From the human T2T-CHM13v2.0 reference genome, Homo sapiens, in the NCBI RefSeq assembly GCF_009914755.1, contig NC_060937.1: a DNA stretch of 64,000 bases; one strand, 5' to 3'. The notes under the pieces are model-generated. The model ran no database searches. It was given only the letters and a program-made list of their open reading frames with translations, and was not told the DNA's origin. The first letter of the stretch is position 1. Each line of letters starts with the position of its first letter. A program made the position numbers and the translations under genes. Of the stretch, positions 1-13,622 are shown one piece after another.

Positions 1-90
1 AGGCCTTAAATAACCTGCCCTGAGTCACACAGTCAGTAAATGGCGCAGGTGGGATTTAGTAACATCTGGCTGACTCCAGCCTCTCCTGCT
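1..90 (-). mobile_element. MIR SINE fragment
   Basis: cctgccctgagtcacacagtcagtaaatggc..gtgggattt..ctgactccag resembles the reverse complement of the MIR core. Confidence 0.55.
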
Positions 91-508
91 CTGTCTATCG
101 CCCTGTGTTTCCTCAAAGGCCGGATGACAGTGGGGGCTGTGAGATCCCCAGATACTGCAGAGGAATGCTGGGAACAAACAAACAAACATTAAAAAAAAAA
201 AAAAAAAACCTCCCTACTTGCTTCAGAACAAATAAAGCTGAGATCAAGGAAGCCAGGTTTGGACTGAGGCAAGAGGTCAGGGTGAACTCATACACAAGGA
301 CAGAGTTTCCACACAATAAATATTTATTAAGCAATCGCCCTGCAATGAAGGCCTGCAAGAGATGGATCACTGCTTCCAGCTGCTCGGGAAAGGAGAGCCA
401 TACAGCTTTCTCACAAATATGCATGCATGTATAATACGAAATGCATTGCTGTACCTTGAGATTCTCTTAAATACCAGTGAAGTGAGTTGGGTACTTTACA
501 TAGAACAT

Positions 509-509
<1 letters not shown>

Positions 510-553
<44 letters not shown>
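510..553. repeat. (CA)22 microsatellite
   Basis: Uninterrupted CA dinucleotide run. Confidence 0.97.
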
Positions 554-555
<2 letters not shown>

Positions 556-1519
556 TAGAGGAGGACTTTTAGGAAGAGCTTGACTGTCTTCTCTGGTTCC
601 TCCTGCAGAAATCTTCAGCAGTCCCTGATGCCTAAAAGAACGCTGCGTATTTGCCTGTTTTGCCTCCATAAGGGAAGTGTCCTGCCCACCACGCCTTCAA
701 AAGGAATGGCCTTCAGGCCTTGTCCTTGGTTCCATTTGACCCTGTCCTGGCCACAGCCAGCTGGACTAGGGGTGGGCACTCAGCACCAGCAGCCAAGCCA
801 ACAGCCGGCTGGAGACTCATAGTGTGGCCCAGAATAAAGTCAGGGCTGAGTCAACCAGACTCTATCTTGGGAATGTGAATTGAGAAATATAGACTTGAGA
901 TCAGTTTGTTCACGAGACACAATAAAGGAAATTAGCTTTGGAGAAAGTTCTTTGTCAGGAACTCTCCTGTCGCACACCCGGTTCAGTTTGGTTTTGCAGG
1001 TCAGCATACTTTCAGCTGGTGAACGGGTGCCAGTCTGCCATGGGGCAGGCATCCTCACTTCCCCCCAGCGCCTCTCTCACCTGGTCTAAGCCGCTGGTGA
1101 GCAGCTCACACTGCACGCTTCTTAAACTTCCCCAACAACTCTCCTAACTCAGACTACTCTCTTGCATCAGTGAACTCTCCATGCCCTCCTTGCTTCCCCC
1201 AGGAGATTCTAGACATCTGCTGAGAGAGGCTGGATGGGGAGATGGGCTAAGATTCAAAACTCCAGTTTGGACACCTCTTAGCAAGGGCTGCAGGTAGGAG
1301 ATATCTGGCTGCTCCTCCAGGTTCTCCTTTAAAAATTGAGGACTCTTCCTACTTGTTAGCTTCAGTTTTGAGGATTTAACTAAAATTATGAAACAACAGG
1401 GAAATTCCCAATTGGCAACCTTTTACAAAAGGATGGGAGCTGAACCTGCACAGTTGAGAAGCTTTAAGGACAAGAATGGACCACCCATGTGCAAAACAAG
1501 GCAGTGCGGGAGAATCGGA

Positions 1520-1690
1520 GAGGGTTGAAAGCATGGGCTCCAGGGGCCCCACAGTACTGGACTCAGGCCTGGTCTGGCCATTTCTTGGGTGTGTGACTTG
1601 GGACAACACTAACATCTTTCTAGCCTAATTTCTTCACCTGTAAAATGGAGAAAATAATAGTCCATTCAGATAATTATCACAAAGTTAGTC
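1520..1690 (+). mobile_element. MIR SINE fragment
   Basis: gtgtgtgacttgggacaa...tttcttcacctgtaaaatggagaaaataatag matches the MIR core. Confidence 0.6.
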
Positions 1691-2367
1691 CAAGTAAGCA
1701 AAAGCTACCTATAACAGGAAGAGCCCTGGCCCTTGGGGGTAGCATCACATAGGCAGAGATGTGAATGGTGCCTGATTCCCGAATGCCGGGAAAATGAATT
1801 GGGTACTTTGCACAGCGCACACACAGAGACACGCAACACTCACATACACATACAGAGATGACAGAAGTTTAGGAAGATCTTGTTGGTAGAGAGGAGACAG
1901 AGAAAAACAGAGATACAATGAGAGGCAGAGAGAGTTGAAGAGGCGTCATGCGGCCATGAAAGAGAGGGGGAGGTCAGTTCCTAGAGCTGACAGATTTCTA
2001 CTTCCAGCTGTTCTTCCACTCCAAGCCTATAATTGACAAAACAAAACAAAACGAAAAAGCACTAGCAACTACTTGTGGGTGAGTCTGTGTTCCAAAAAAG
2101 CAGAACTAAACCAATGAGCAACCTCCTGAAATGCTCCACTCCCTCCCCTGGGAGTTTCTCTGGACAGATCTTAAATATGGGCTTTTCTAGGAATAATGAC
2201 ACTCAAATGTTGAGATGGCTCCAATATAACAATATGCATGTGACAGACTTGCATCATTAGAGTACAAAACCTTCAAGTCAGAAATAGTAAGCTAAAACAC
2301 ATGGAAATTTTCTTTCTGGGCAGAATCTTGCTGTGGTTTTATTACAAATACTTTGGTAGTAGTTCTT

Positions 2368-2861
2368 TGTGGTAGATTGCTTCCAAAGATGGAAGCAGGA
2401 GTCTCTTGCAACGTGACCTCGCCGTTCCTCCCACTAAGAGGGGGAGTCTCTTTCCCTTCCCCTTGACCCTTGGCTGGCATTGTGACTTATGTTGACTGAT
2501 AAGATGTGGCAGAAGTGAAGGTGGGTGATCTACAAGCCTCCGTTACAAGATGTCTTGCAGTGTTCATTTTGGCCCTCCTGCAGGCCCTGAGACCTCCATG
2601 TACAAAGGCCTTGCTTAGCCTTCTTGAGGCCTGGAAACCACAGGGAGAGAAAGGCCTCACTAACAGCCAGCATCAACTGTCATCAGTGAGGCCATCTTAG
2701 ACAATTCACAGACAGCCAAGCTACCAGATGATGTGTCTATAGGTGGATTCACCCAGCTGAGCTCAGCCCGAATCACTTGCCCACAGAATTGTGAGTAAAT
2801 AGTGTCTTCAAGCCACAAAAGTGAGGGGTGTTCTGTTACACAGAAACAGATCATGGACTCA
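2368..2861 (+). mobile_element. MaLR solo LTR, MLT1 (MLT1G/H-like)
   Basis: tgtggtagattgc start; gatgtggcagaagtga, cccacagaattgtgag, aagccac..gtgttctgttacacagaaacagat 3' motifs. Confidence 0.7.
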
Positions 2862-5534
2862 AGGATATACCACTTTCCTCATTGTAAGCAGGTGCTCTTT
2901 TAACTATGAAGTAGGAAGGAGGGCAGCACATTCACATAACCAACCTATAGTAGAATTTGGGCAGCCAAAGTCTAAAGGGATTATTGTGTTAGGAATTTAT
3001 TATCATTAAACAAAAAATGATTGTTTAGCCATGTGAACAGCAGGTGTTGGCCCTCAGTTCTATCTCTTAAAGATAGAAGCAAGTGGCTTTAGAGTGGGGT
3101 GGCAGAGCTTGCTCTTGGGGCTGTTTGATTTGTCCAAAAGCTTGCCCACAGGAATGCCTGTGGGGGTCAACTTCTCCTTAAGCCAGGGTGTCACTTAAGG
3201 TGGATCTTATTTGCAAGTATCAGCAGCAATATCACCAAGGGGATTTCCCTTTTCTTTTCCTTCTGACAACTATTGCAACTAATTAAGAATTCTGTGACAT
3301 TTTAGCTGGAGAATATTACCCAGAAAACACATCTGAGTAATAAGGGACACACGGACACAGGCTATTGTCACAGAGATAGTAATGTTTTTAACACGGACAA
3401 AAAGCTTATCAAAGCAAATGCAAAATCAGTTAATCTGGTTAAGTCCAATTGCAAGAGTAAAACCTGTAATGACTGCACATACTCAGAGAGCATGTCCCAG
3501 GTGCATGCTTTTGACTGTCAGATAGGTCCCGTTCTTTTTCATTAAATAACTACACTGGTCTATAACTAGTCCTCACCCAACTCATTTTCCTTTTTGGCCA
3601 AGGAAAATAATCTCCATGGTATTCATATAAGATCTTAAAACGCGACATGGTAAAATAAATATCCTGTTGCTCTTTTTGTTTGTTTGAATCTTTCTATCAG
3701 TGGTCCCTGTAAGGGAAAAACATTCTGCCTCGGGATATACAGAGGTAAGTGGCGGAGAGGACACGAAGCACTCATGGGTTCAGTATAGAGGAATACAAGG
3801 ACTCTGGGAAGTTCTGCGAATTCCCACACATCATGGCTGTCGGCTGCTCAGCACTTGCCTAAGCTCTAGCAGACCTCAGCAATAGGAAAAGTCAGGCATG
3901 GTGTCTCTGGGGATAAAGTTGCTATTGGCTAGTTTGTGATGTCACACATAGAATTTTGCTTTGCCATAGGGATGAGACACAGGAATCAAAGCTGTCATTT
4001 TGCAGCTTTGAAATCACACACAAGTTTGACTTTTTTTTTTTAATGAAATTTAGGTCAACTGTAACTATTCTGAAATTCTGGCAAAAGGATAGGAGGAGAG
4101 TGTTAAGATATTACATTCCTGCAAAATTCAAATCAGTGAAATGTTACATGCAAATTCTTTTAAAAAGTGGAAGGTGTTATATAATACAATATTTTATTTA
4201 TTTGCTAGATTTTAAATAAAATATTTTTGAAAGAGTAATATTTTATGAGGAATTTAAAAATTCATTGGTACAAAAATTAATGATAAAAAGAAATTACTTC
4301 ATACACATTGGGTTCTCCTTTTGTATCTAACAATTACATAGAGAAGTATGCAGCCCCCCCTAAAATATAAAATAAAAAATTTAAAAGGAAATGTTCCTTT
4401 AAGGAAGTCTTCCACCAGTTCCAACAATTAACTTAAAATGTTTTTGCATTTTACTAATGTTTGACTAGTTCCTCCTTAACTTTGATGTCTACAGTTTAAA
4501 AGGGCCCTGCCTGTAGCTGTCTTAGAAGGGTTTGATGGCATGTGAACGGATTTGATGTCCTTGGAAGAAAGGTAGAATCACACAGAAATTCAAAATATGT
4601 TTTTCTTTACATCCACATCCCATGGGACTCAAAAAAATTTTATCTCCCAAAACATTTATCTCAATCATACTAGTAATTTCTATAATTTACTTCATTGTAG
4701 AAAAAGCATATATTTAATATTTAGGGCTAAGAAAACAGCTTCCACTGTGCCTTTTTCCCAGTTGTACACTGTCCTGGATGACTGTCTAGTAGTTCAGGTC
4801 AACAGAGGTCATTCAGCAGCCCCTTCCCCTCCCTGCTCCTTATCTCAAATAAAATATTTAAACTGATTCATGTAGTTTGGCTCCATAAATTGATCTAATT
4901 CTTCAAATACTCACCTAAACCCTATTTTCTTAATACTAACAATGACAGTCCCATTAGTTGGAAACTATCTTGAAGGACCTTGAGCAAAGAGTTTGACATA
5001 TCTAGGTTGTTGAATCCCTGTTCATAATGTGGTTATGTATTCAAGACACAGTAAATGGGAAAGATCTAGCAAAGGTTTTGGTCCCATTGAATTCTGCCTT
5101 AGTGTTTGGCAGAATAGGCTCTAAAAGCTTATTCTGACACATGCGGAAAATAAGCTGACGCTTCTCTTTATTGTTTTCATTCCTCAACATTTACATTGTT
5201 GTGTATAAATATACAATACATATATAATCAAATAATATACAATTAAATAAATATACAATTAAATAATCAGGTATTCAGTGAATGAATATACTCATTTTTA
5301 ATATAGTCTTATCTCATAAAGGACAATGATACGTGCTCTGTTCTAGGATATAGGAGACTTAAGGTCTGTTTCTATGTGCTGTGCATCCTTGGAGAAATGA
5401 AATAAAAGCATATTTATAAGCTGAGTTTTATTTTAATCTTTCCAACTGCCTCATGACAAACAAGCCTACATGACAAACAAGTACATTATAAACACTAAAA
5501 AGGCATATTATATTATCTCTGACAAAATACACAA

Positions 5535-5712
5535 GATGACATTATGGAAAGTAACTAAGGAAGGTAAGAGGTAGACAATATGATTTCTATTTTCCTGTGT
5601 GGAAACTGAGTCTCAGAGAAATTAATTGACTTGCCGAGGCTCACTAGCTGGATGAGCAGAGGCTTTGAATCCATGTCTCTCACACTCTGCAGCCCAAGCT
5701 CTTACCTACTAC
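5535..5712 (-). mobile_element. MIR SINE
   Basis: ggaaactgagtctcagagaaattaattgacttgcc...ccaagctcttacctactac (antisense core). Confidence 0.65.
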
Positions 5713-5719
5713 TTTGGGT

Positions 5720-5910
5720 TCTAGTACAGCGGTTTCAGCCGATCTGGGGTCAAATCGTAGCTCTGCCACTTACCAGCTATGCAGACTAGGTAAGTTACTT
5801 TACTTTTTTTCGTGTTTGGAATACAGGAATACTGCTATTTAGTCCAGAATATTGGAAGGATGAAATGTGGCATAGTATGGAAAGGATTCCCATGTAGTAG
5901 TTTCTAAGTC
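5720..5910 (+). mobile_element. MIR SINE
   Basis: ggggtcaaatcgtagctctgccacttaccagctatg..ggtaagttactt. Confidence 0.6.
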
Positions 5911-6114
5911 AACATTAACTCCTTAATTTTCCTTCTTGCCTAGGCCTCAGTTTCCTTCTCTGTGTATTAAGGAGGTCCTTAGGGCTTTCAAAACATCAAA
6001 GAACAGCTGGTTCAATCTTGTCAATTTATAATTTAAAAGAGAAGTGGCTTTCCCCAAATCACAGCTACTTACCAAAGAGTTTGTGTTCTCTTAGCAATAG
6101 TTTTTATGATGCTC

Positions 6115-6442
6115 TTTTTTTCTTTTCTCTTTCTTTTTTTTTTTTTTTTTTTTTTTTTGAGACAGAATTTCGCTCTTGTTGCCCAGGCTGGAGTACAATG
6201 GTGTGATCTCGGGTCACCGCAACCTCCGCCTCCCAGGTTCAAGCGATTCTCCTGCTTCAGCCTTCCCTAGTAGCTGGGATTACAGGCATGCATCACCATG
6301 CCCAGCTAATTTTGTATTTTTTTTAGTAGAGATGGGGTTTCTCCATGTTGGTCAGGCTGGCTTGAACTCCCGACCTGAGGTGATCGCCTGCCTCGGCCTC
6401 CCAAAGTGCTGGGATTACAGGCATGAGCCACTGCGCCCAGCC
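6115..6442 (-). mobile_element. Alu (AluSp-like)
   Basis: Dimeric Alu with poly(T) on +; tttcgctcttgttgccc, caccgcaacc, tttctccatgttggtcagg diagnostics; TSD t(a/g)tgatgctctt at 6105-6116 and 6443-6454. Confidence 0.95.
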
Positions 6443-6609
6443 TGTGATGCTCTTAAAATGAGACTTGGACCTAATTTGAACAAATTATCTAGGATCTTGA
6501 TACTCTAGAGTCCAGATAATTAGCAAAATTGTAGTTATTGTATTTTGTTTGTTTTGGGAGTTTGGCCCAGGTTAGCTAACACACGTTTATTGCATATTTA
6601 CTGCTAGGT

Positions 6610-6985
6610 GAAAGGCCCTTCACAGTTATTGTTTTTTCAGTCTGAAATGCACTTCTCTCGACTTTTCTTGGCTTTCCGTTTCTCATTTTTCAGGTCTAAG
6701 CTCAAATATGTTCTCTTTGAGAGGCCTTCTCTGATAGTCTTAATCACCTTCTACCTCCCACATCCCCCAGTTACTTTCCATAACGTCATCTTGTGTATTT
6801 CATTAGAGATACTTAATATAATATGCCTTTTTAGTGTTTATAATTTACTTGTTTGTCATTTCTCTGGCTATACCGAATATAAACATCATAAAGGGATCTT
6901 GTCAGCATGTTTTCATTGTAATATCTCCTGCCCTAAGCCAGAGCCTGTCACATGATAGGTTCAAAATAAATATTGGTTTAATGAC
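6610..6985 (+). mobile_element. L2 LINE 3' end
   Basis: caggtctaagctcaaatatg..gagaggccttctctga...agagcctgtcacatgataggttcaaaataaatattgg. Confidence 0.65.
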
Positions 6986-7503
6986 TATCTCCATCCATTA
7001 CCTTTCCTCAAAACACTTGATGTCAAAACACTCTAAAATAGAGATGAGGGCTTGGTAATTTAACTTCTGAATTTAAAAAAAATTGACCTTGGTAGTTAGG
7101 GTAAAAGAGGTAACAAAATCTTTTTCTCAGGCAAATAGGAAGAAGCCAGCACATTCCATTGCTGTGAGTGACTCTGACTTTAAAGACAGTTGGAAGCAAT
7201 AAAAATAAAACCAAAACCACCCCAATTAATAAAAAATAAAAATTAATAGTCGTTGTGAAATATAGTTTGTCTAAGGTTTTATTCTTAGTATTTGTCATAC
7301 CTTCTAAACATTTGGCCAGGGAAATTTCATATTCCCTTTTTTCCTGGCTCACAGGAATTACTCTCAGCCACTTGAGTGCCAAATCCAGACACTCACATGA
7401 AACAAACCGCAGCCTCAACTGCTTCTGACTGGGGATGAAGAGTGACAAACAGTCACTTTTTTATTTGGCGGTGGAGCCTATTTGGTCCCACACCTGAATG
7501 TGA

Positions 7504-7834
<331 letters not shown>

Positions 7835-8004
7835 GACTCCAATTTTTAAAACATTACATTTTAAAGTCATAAGCCTTTTGGCGCTTTAACTTAGAGAGAT
7901 CTGAGAATTGAATTCTTAATCTTTACTCTAAAGAAGAACTTGTGTAAAAGTAAAATTCAGTAATTGGTCCTGGAGGGATAAAACAGAAGCCACAGATGAA
8001 GGTG

Positions 8005-8394
8005 TGCATGCTATGATTTGAATGTGTGTGTCCCTCCAAAATTCATATGTTGGAACTTAACTCCCAAAGAGATGATGTTAATAAGTGGGCCAATTGGGAG
8101 GTGATTACGCCACAAGGGCTCTGCCCCTGTGAATGCAGTAAGTCCTCTTATAAAAAGCTTAGCATGAGCTCCAGAGCCCGCTTTCTGCCTTTCTACCATG
8201 TGAGGACACAGTGTCAATCCCCTCTGGGGGAAGGCCTTCTTAAAAGCAGAGAGTGGCCCTCGCCAGACACTGATCTTACTGGCACCTTGATCTTGGAATT
8301 CCCAGCCTCAAGAACTGTGAAAAATAAATTTCTGTTTTTTCTAAACTACCCAGTCTTTGGTGGTTTGTTATAGCAACACTCATGGACTAAGACA
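8005..8394 (+). mobile_element. MaLR solo LTR (MSTC/MSTD-like)
   Basis: tgctatgatttgaatg...ccatgtgaggacacag...ccagcctcaagaactgtga..aataaa...ggactaagaca; 5-bp TSD AGGTG (8000-8004, 8395-8399). Confidence 0.88.
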
Positions 8395-8748
8395 AGGTGG
8401 ATAATATCAAGGATAATTCTGAGCTTGTTCATGTCCACAAACATTGGCTTTTATCACAAAGCTTTACTAAGCAACTTCCTTATTATGTTTTAAAAAGCTA
8501 GGGATGTAGCAAGAAACATAATATTTTAGATCTGAGATCTGTTCTTCTTAATAAAAAATCATGATTTTTAAAAATTAACTACTTTTAATTCCCACAGGTA
8601 TCTCACAGTTATTGTCTCGAATTATTCCCCAACTCACTTTCATTAAAAAATGAAAATGTACGCACTACAGGAGTTGTAAGACATCAAAGAAAAATAATTT
8701 AAGCTTTTTATCACTTTCGAAGTATTACATTTCAATGTGTTCATAAAC

Positions 8749-8885
8749 TAGCGTGATCATCATTCCGGGTTGCATAGGATAGTCCCATTTCATGCCTCTA
8801 ATCCAAGCATAGTAATTACTTACACCCCCTGTCATTCTTAAAAATATCTGGTTTGGACAATAAATTATATGATTTGATCATTCTA
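8749..8885. mobile_element. MER94-like hAT MITE
   Basis: ccgggttgcataggatagtccc...ggtttggacaataaattatatg matches recalled MER94 consensus. Confidence 0.6.
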
Positions 8886-8899
8886 ACAACAGCTCATTA

Positions 8900-9530
8900 A
8901 ACTTTGAGATGTTTGATTAAGGAGAAAGTGTCTTTTTAATCTCTGTTTCCCCAAAGCCTAATGCCATGTCTGGCACAAGATTTTTACAGCTGGTTAACAA
9001 TAGCTGTAAATTCCTTGGTGTTACTCTCATCTGGAGGTGAGCTCCAGTTCCCTTCTTTAGGAATATTAGCCAGACTGTGACTACTGTGCCTAATAGAGTA
9101 TGTTGGAATTATGCTACCTTTCACCCCTTCTCTAGGAGTCTGAAGCACTCTGCAAGAAGTCCTTCCACTCTGCTGGCGAAAGTAGAGAGGAAATGAGAAT
9201 GGGCCTAGCTGAGCTCACCTTCCTCTCTCCCCACCAAGGCATCAGGGATGTGAGTGAAGCCATCCTGGACCCTTCAGGCCAGATCAGCTGTCTGGCGAAT
9301 ATCAACAAGTGACTTGAATGAATGACAGTGTCATGTTGAGCAGAAGAACAGTGTCATGTTGAGCAGTGCCACGTTGAGCAGAACTGCCCAGTTGGTCTCT
9401 GCCTGAATTCCTGACCCACAAGATTATGATCTATAATAAAATGCTTATTGTTTCAATCCATCAAATATTTGTTCTAAACAATAGAAAACCAGAACCACAG
9501 CCCTCAATAAATCTTTCTTGAACTGAACTG
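8900..9530 (+). mobile_element. L2 3' end split by an MLT1 LTR
   Basis: tctctgtttccccaaagcctaatgccatgtctggcaca before the LTR and ctcaataaatctttcttgaactgaactga after it. Confidence 0.5.
8981..9497 (+). mobile_element. MaLR solo LTR, MLT1 family
   Basis: gatgtgagtgaagccatcctggac, gcctgaattcctgacccacaagattatg..aataaaatg..ttgttt, caatagaaaaccagaac; internal duplication of acagtgtcatgttgagcag near 9325-9380. Confidence 0.7.
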
Positions 9531-10039
9531 ACCAAAATGCCCCAGCATTTGGGAATTTTTGGTTATGACATTTGTACAGATATTCTCCCTCCTCAGCTTC
9601 AGCTCAGCCTAATTAGATTCATACAACATAGAAATGAGAGGCAGGAATTTTGATAATTTAACTTAACACTAAGTTTAACTTAATACCAAGTTCAAATTTT
9701 GGTGAAGACGAATTTAAGCCACAATTTGATGATTGCATATGTGATAAAGTCACACATGGACTTTAATAAATCAAAATCTCTAGATTCTAAACAATAAACA
9801 TCATTGAAAGTTATTCTGTAATTTTTCCCCATACATTTTATTCACAATCTACTCCTCATATGGGTACAGAAAGTAAAACTCTTAACAGCTTCATAATTCC
9901 ATAGGCTATAAAAACACATGAATTCCCAAACCATTATTGTCTTCAAAGCCAATATAATGGAGCACAAAAATATTTTCATTAATGACATACACATGAAATT
10001 AATGAGTCAGTTATATCTGGTTTTAATTTCAATGAACTA

Positions 10040-10200
10040 CTTAGGAGAAAAAATGTTGGGCAAGTTCCCTAACTTCTTTGAGCTTTGGTTTCTTTTTCTG
10101 TAGATTGGGAATAGTAATAGCAACTACCAAAATTTGTAGAGTAGATTCAATGAGACAATGTGTTGGTCAAATATCTGGTATCTAGTAGGTAGTGATATCT
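10040..10200 (+). mobile_element. MIR SINE
   Basis: ttgggcaagttccctaacttctttgagctttggtttc..ctgtagattgggaatagtaatag. Confidence 0.55.
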
Positions 10201-10264
10201 GTTTCTTAATGATACTACTTATATTTCTAATTTTTGATACATTAAAAATGACCATCATATACAA

Positions 10265-11990
10265 TAAGGTATGACATCAAAAGAAGAAAATACTTAGGAT
10301 AAATTTAACAAAAATAGTGCCAGACTTTTAGAGTGGAAAAACTATAAAACATCACTAAAAGAGATTAAGAAGATGCAAGTTAATGGAGAGATATCTCATG
10401 CCTCTTGGATTGAACAACTTAATATTGTTAAGATAGCCATACTGCTCAAATTGATATAGAGATTCAATGTAATCTCTATCAAATTCCGAGACATGTGCTT
10501 TGCAAAAATTGAGAAGCAGATCCTAAAATTCACGGAGAAATTCAAGTGATACAGAATAGCCAAAACACTCTTGAGGAAGACGAACAAAGTTACAAGACTC
10601 AAACTTCCCTCTTCCCAAACTTATTATAAACTTGCAGTAATCAAAACAGTGTGGTAGAGGCAGTAAGGATAGACATATAGACTAATGGAATAGGACTCAG
10701 AATCCAAAAATAAACCCATACCTCTGTGGTCAATTGATTTTTGACAAGAATGCCAATGCTATTTAACGGGGGAAAGAAAAGCCTTTTCAACAAATGATGC
10801 TGAGACAACTGAATATCCATTTGCAAAAGAATGAAGTTGGAAAACTAGTTTATATTATATACAAACATTAACTCGAAATGGACCAAATACCTAAATGTAG
10901 GAGATAAAATTATAATGCTCTTAGAACAAAATGTAGAAGAATAAATCTTTGTGGCCAATTAGGCACTAGTTTCTTAGATATGACACCAAAAGTACAAGCA
11001 GCAAAACAGAAAAAAGATCAATTGGATTTTATGAAAATTAAATATTTTGTGCTGCAGAGGACACTATCAAGAAAGTGAAAAGATAAACCACAAAATTGAG
11101 GAAGATATTTGTAAATCACTTATCTGATAAGGGATTAACATCCAGAATATACAAAGATCTCTTACAACTCTACAACAAAGGGATGAGTAACGCAATTTAA
11201 AAAATGGGCAAATGATTTAAATAGACATCTTCCTAAATAACATATACAAATGGCCAACCCACACATGAAAATATTTCCAACAGCATTAATCATTAAGGAC
11301 ATGCAAATCAAAACCACAATGAGATACCACTTCACAGCAACTAGAATGGTTATCATAAAAAAGACAGACAATAACAAGCATTGGTGAACATGAGGAGAAA
11401 TTGAATCCTCATACATTGCTAGTGAGAATGTAAAATGGTGCTGCCACTTTGGGGAAAGTTCCTCAAAAAGTTAAACATAGTTACCACATGACCCAGCAAT
11501 TCCATTCCTAAGTATGTACACAAGACAAATGAAAACATGTGCATGCATGTTTATAATAGCCCAAAGAGTAAACAACCCAAATGTCCATCATCTGATGAAT
11601 TGACAAATAGAATTAAAGTATTACTCAACCATAAAAAAGCATAAAGTACTGATACATGCTACTACATGGATGAAACTTGAAAATATTATGCTATGTGAAG
11701 AAGCGAAACACAAAAGGGTACATACTGTATGATTTCATTGATATGAAATGTGCAAAATAGGCAAATCTATAGAGACAGAAAGTAGATTAGTGGTTGCCAG
11801 AGCCTGGGGAAGGGGAGAATGGGGGCTGACTGCTAATGGGGGCAGGCATCTTCTTGGGGATAATGAAAATGCTCTGGAATTTGTTAGTGGTGGTGATTTA
11901 ACAATGTTGGGAATATACTGAAACTACTGAATTGTACACTTTAAAAGAGTGAATTTTATAGAATGTGAATCACATCTCAAAAACTCAAAT
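10265..11990 (+). mobile_element. L1MB-type LINE, 3' part of ORF2 plus 3'UTR (degenerate)
   Basis: aaatacttaggataaatttaac, caaaacagtgtggta, gacccagcaattccattcctaagtat, gagacagaaagtagattagtggttgccag; many frameshifts. Confidence 0.9.
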
Positions 11991-12899
11991 AGAGTAAGAT
12001 AAAAAGTGTTAAAATATAATCTATTGAAAAGTAAAACAGGTACATTTCTGCAAACTCTTCTGCCATGGTGCAGAAGCTGTTAGGTTAGTTCCTGATTTTA
12101 CCTTGGTTAGTCAGACATGGAAAGTCTTGGAAATACTTCTGTCTGATTTTCTCACAGCACTGGGTCTTCTGTAGCTGACTGAATAGAAGGAGACTTTGAT
12201 AGAAAGAATAATACTCCAGCCTCAGACTTAGCTGCTTCTTGTCTTGTCTCTCCAGTGCCTGGCCCTGTGGCCATTGACAAGCCGCACCTCATGGTGTGAC
12301 TTATTTCTCTCTTTTGAGTTTTTTCAGTCTGCTAGTCCCGTCCCTCACCCCTGGAGGTGTGTTAAGAACTAGATACACAAAATAACTGCATGGCATTTTA
12401 CAAATCTGAATGCTTTAGAAATACAAGCTAAGAATCCTTCTTTGTTTTAATTGACTTTAATGGGACGAGCAGACCTAATCCCTAATGTCTTTCTAAATTC
12501 AGAAGTAATTATTAGTGAGAGGTTAACTCTAATGTAGATGTTACTCTTTAGTGGATGGGCATAAACAACAATAATAAACTTTTCTTTTGAATTGCATGGA
12601 CTAAAATTCTGGCTAAACATTATGCAACTGAAATGAGAGCTGAGACAATGAATAGTTCCTTCAGAGGAAAAATATAATTATTGGCAAGAATTGATGGTAT
12701 TTTTCTATGACCAGTTCCAATACATCAATCCAGGAGGCCAATATACTAGTCATAATTTAATGAGAGGCAAGTCCATAATAAACGGTGACTTTGTGGATCA
12801 TGGTGATGCTCTCAAATTAATGCATACTTAGTTTTAGTCTCTCCCCTCCCAGTCCATTCCAGTCCTAATCTCTCCAGGTATGAGTGATCACTCCCTCAT

Positions 12900-13095
12900 T
12901 TAATTCCCTTTGTATATATTTTTATTGGACCGGAGACACTTTATGTCACCTATTTATGATAATTTTTGTTCCTTAGTACTAGATGTAAGCCCTTTGGAAA
13001 ACAGAGGCTGTGTCTTTTCCATCTTTGACTCCCAAGAATTCTATATAGTAACTGGAACATAGTAGATATTTAATAAATGCATCGATGAATGAATT
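12900..13095 (+). mobile_element. L2 3' end
   Basis: ctagatgtaagcc..agaggctgtgtctt...ctggaacatagtagatatttaataaatgcatcgatgaatgaat. Confidence 0.65.
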
Positions 13096-13389
13096 CACAA
13101 ATGCAAATTGTTGGCAAAGTTTTATATGAGCACAGGATAGCAACAGCTAGAAGGAGGTTCTGGAATTGGTTCCCAGAACTGCTGCTGTCGTTGCAGGTTT
13201 GAAATCCTCAGGGAAATACTGCAGCTGACCCCAGAGAAACTTGCAAGAACATGCTTGAAAATGGGAAACATATTAGAAGCAGAGGTTCTTAGTGGCAAAG
13301 AATTTAAGTAAGCTAACAATGCCACCACTCTGGTCCACACCAGCCATGAGCCTTTGCACCTACTCTCCTCCCCACCTTTCTACTTAAGT

Positions 13390-13622
13390 GGGCAACTTCT
13401 CTCCTACTCCTTATCCCACTTTCTGGCTTCATTTTTCTCCACAGCAATTATCACTATGTATTCTAATGATTTTTTAAAATTTATTATTACCTGTCTCCCC
13501 TCCTACCTCAACAGAATCTAAACTCTGATTTGATATAGTCTGGTTTCTCTGTTCTATACCCCGTGCTAGAAATAGTCATTGGACATAGTAGCTTCTCAAT
13601 AAATATTTATGGATGGATGAAA
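13390..13622 (+). mobile_element. L2 3' end
   Basis: ttacctgtctcccc...tggacatagtagcttctcaataaatatttatggatggatga. Confidence 0.65.
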
